64,000 bases of DNA from assembly GCF_031769215.1 (NCBI RefSeq), contig NW_026782558.1, positions 992,001-1,056,000 on the forward strand. The letters run 5' to 3'. Position 1 is the first letter of the stretch. Each line of letters opens with the position of its first letter. This DNA comes from Ylistrum balloti (lineage: Eukaryota). The notes beneath the pieces are model-generated. The model ran no database searches and had not been told where the DNA came from. It saw only the letters and a list, made by a program, of their open reading frames with translations. Below, piece after piece: positions 61,215-64,000 of this stretch. A program made the translations under genes and the position numbers.

Positions 61215-62707
61215 ATGGCGACACACAATTCAACAAAAATTTTTCTCGTGTGTCTTGTATTAACTGTTTTTTACCCTGGATGTAGTATAGCATGTTTGCC
61301 AGGAACGGACATTTTAAAATGTGTTCATCTTTTCGAAGGCCTAACGTTTCTGCAGTATCTAAATACCACCGGGCTTTTTAAAACGCTCTTTTATACAAAG
61401 GGTAAGTACACGATTACTATGCATTTGATCAGTTGAAAAATAATCTGTCAGTTTAAACATATTTATTGCCAAAAGATGGACAAGGTTTAAACATAAGTTA
61501 TTGCGACTTATCAACGCCTTCTCCCAATATATTTTAAATGACATACAAATACCGACGTTTTACATCAAAATCATGACCAACATGAAGGAAACATTGAAAC
61601 ACTTTTACGGTTTGTATCGTGTGGTGATTATAAACTTATTTGACATAAACTATGAAAATTAATCAAAGAAAAATAAATAAACATGTATGAGGGTATCATT
61701 AAATCATTTTAAATTTATACTTGAAATTAGACCACTGGTAAGATTTGCTCGAGATTTACATGAAATATCGATATAACTTGACATTAGGGTCAATGCCTGG
61801 ACAGAACGCAAACCCACAAAAAACATGGGTTTGAACCTTACCCTGGTGGCGCGTGTCAACACATATCATCTCATGAATACACATAATACGTTTTAGTATA
61901 TAATATAATAATGTAATATAGAAAAATACGGGGAAGCAAAACGAGACTATCATAAAACAAAGAGTACCGAGATGGACAGGCTCGGAAAGCAAAGTTTACG
62001 ACGGACAGGCGGACATTATCTATTTAGAACAACATTATATACATTTTTACTATGAAAGAATATATATTCTTTTTGTTGTGTTATAATATTATTGTTGCTT
62101 GGTAGTTATTCTTTATGCGCCACCTCATGCACTTCATATCATGATAGTAATGCATTATTCTGTATAAATCAACCTTCTATTTTATTGTCTCGAAGTACAC
62201 TTCGATATTTGTTCGTTATCTCGAATAGAAAATACCATTCCTTGAACATTGGACAAATCGGTAAGATTAATGGAAGCCTACATGAGGCAAGCAAGCTGGA
62301 ATGAATATCAGTCAACATTTAATACATTACCTATCACCGTTATCAGGGGGATAGATCAATTTTATTTTTCTTCAGGCAGCAAAATATACATAACACAACA
62401 ACGTAACATTATTGCTGTCTTCTTTTTACTCGACGAAAACTATATAAAACTTAAGTACCCCGAGCGAAAACATGATAATTTTAACCGTGTCGTTAATTCT
62501 ATTACAGACGCAACGATATTTCTACCCAGTAATGGCGCGTTTCGGAAACTGCAACCGGATGTGACGTCAGATAACAACACCATGAGGGAGATTCTCCTCT
62601 ACCACATACTACCTAAATCCGTCAATATTTCGACACTGACCAACGAACAATTATTGTTGTCAAGTACCCCTGCTGGTCAGTCAGTCCGATTCAACAACTA
62701 TTCAAAC
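61215..62707 (+). CDS. Secreted fasciclin (FAS1)-domain protein, 5' exons 61215-61401 and 62508-62707; no further exon found before the window ends
   Basis: It has a signal peptide (MATHNSTKIFLVCLVLTVFYPGCSIA), an H1 motif TIFLPSNGAF and a YH motif ILLYHIL. The phase-1 junction is AAGG|gtaagt...ttacag|AC, and the exon ends AAC|gtaagt. Confidence 0.85.
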
Positions 62708-62959
62708 GTAAGTCTATCACCAATGTTCAATGTAATGCTTTTACTTACCGAATGCTTTTATGTTACTTAAAATGATTTACTTACATCGCGATCCATTAAA
62801 AATCGTGCTTGCTTTAAACTTACAACATCATTATTTGTCACATATTTAGCCATGTTTTCTTAATCAGTGCTACATGAATGGGATATGCGGATCATAGATG
62901 AAAACTAGACACACATAAGTACAAGTTTATGTACATATCATATATAAAGCCATATACCG

Positions 62960-63800
62960 AGAGGTCAATAGAACCTTAGTTCAAATTCAAAATGATTGAT
63001 TTAGGACAAAATATGAACAAAAGAAAACCAAAAGAAAGAATAAAAGTAAAAGAGCCGTAAAACCGGGTGTTCCGGAAGGGCAAGCGTCTTCTCTTTCATT
63101 TACGATACAGAACATGTAAATCTTGGTTAATCCTAGTATTTAATGTTAAACATAACGGAACCACCAGGGTTACTTACGGGTATCAAATACTCCTAACTTC
63201 ACATCACAAGGAGATCATTATGACGGCCATAAAACGTCTCAATAATGATCATTAATCTGCATCTCTCTTGAAATGCTGTGTTGTGAATTTATCTGTCAGC
63301 TATTGTACAACATCTTGATCGTGGGAATCAACCTTTGAGTATTGAATCAACTAGCAATGTTGCACTATAGAAATGGAATATGCATAAAAAGGAAATCGCA
63401 TAATGCTTATTTCACAACTTGGTGGGAAACGGTATCTATTGGTTTTGTCATAGGAAATGGTCGAGGTAAGCGTCTTACCTTGCACTTGATTCTGGTAGAT
63501 ATATGCGATGGACACAGTTGTAGAATGTTCCAGACATTTTGAATAGAAAATATTAAAGTTGTCAGCAGAGACCCAAGTATAGCGCGTTGATTAACACCTA
63601 TATTAATAGGAATTACCTTGGGTTTTTTTTTCAATTACAGGTAATAATCTTATGGAGTGAGACAATGACATTACAATGGTGTTATGTTGTAACATCAACA
63701 CCTGTAGCCTTTCCTTGCTTGATTTCAGAATAAAATCTGGTGTAATATTTGGAATATGATTTACTATTTTATAGAAGAAGCAACTCATTCAGTCTAGTTT
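62960..63800. mobile_element. Probable Penelope-associated terminal sequence plus very decayed RT remnants in the FAS1 intron
   Basis: GGGTGTTCCGGAAGGGCAAGCGTC and ..ACGGAACCACCAGG resemble GTTCCGGAAG and ..ACGGAGCCACCAGG at about 59140-59240. Protein similarity is weak. Confidence 0.35.
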
Positions 63801-64000
63801 GTTTAGCTCTTCTTAGTGATATTTTAAGTAAAAATCTAAATGAATGTACATGTATTTATCTAGTCCCTACAGCCAATCAACAGATGCGTACACAAAACAT
63901 ACACATAAGTGAATAGCACTTTAAAACTCAACTTTTGAGTGTAAGATACTAAAGAGCAACGTGTAGTTCCTTCTAGGACTTGTCACTTTTTGTTTTCCAC

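Overview
This is AT-rich animal genomic DNA with spliceosomal introns, not prokaryotic. The interspersed repeat ends (ACAAGAGGCCCATGGGCC, ~160-170-bp satellite-like units) suggest a bivalve, probably an oyster (inference from recalled motifs). I assembled eight genes by hand with phase-consistent splice junctions: (1) the last two exons of a DNase I-family gene (+); (2) a 4-exon gene for an unrecognised ~255-aa secreted or anchored glycoprotein (-); (3) a 2-exon CARD + death-domain adaptor (+); (4) DCLRE1B/Apollo with an intronless CDS (-); (5) MRPS33 (+); (6) a 16-exon LRGUK (-) containing a textbook U12 minor intron; (7) a divergent mitochondrial EF-Tu (+) with EF-Tu2-like features; (8) the 5' exons of a fasciclin (FAS1) gene (+). 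About a quarter of the window is tandem repeat: an 11-kb 45-bp array, and a 3.7-kb 24-bp array with an inverted partner arm (foldback-like). CR1, Tx1, Penelope-like and Helentron-type relics are also present. The long repetitive ORFs in the track are artefacts of repeat units divisible by 3. I saw no rRNA, tRNA or CRISPR. No database searches were run; family calls rest on recalled motifs.
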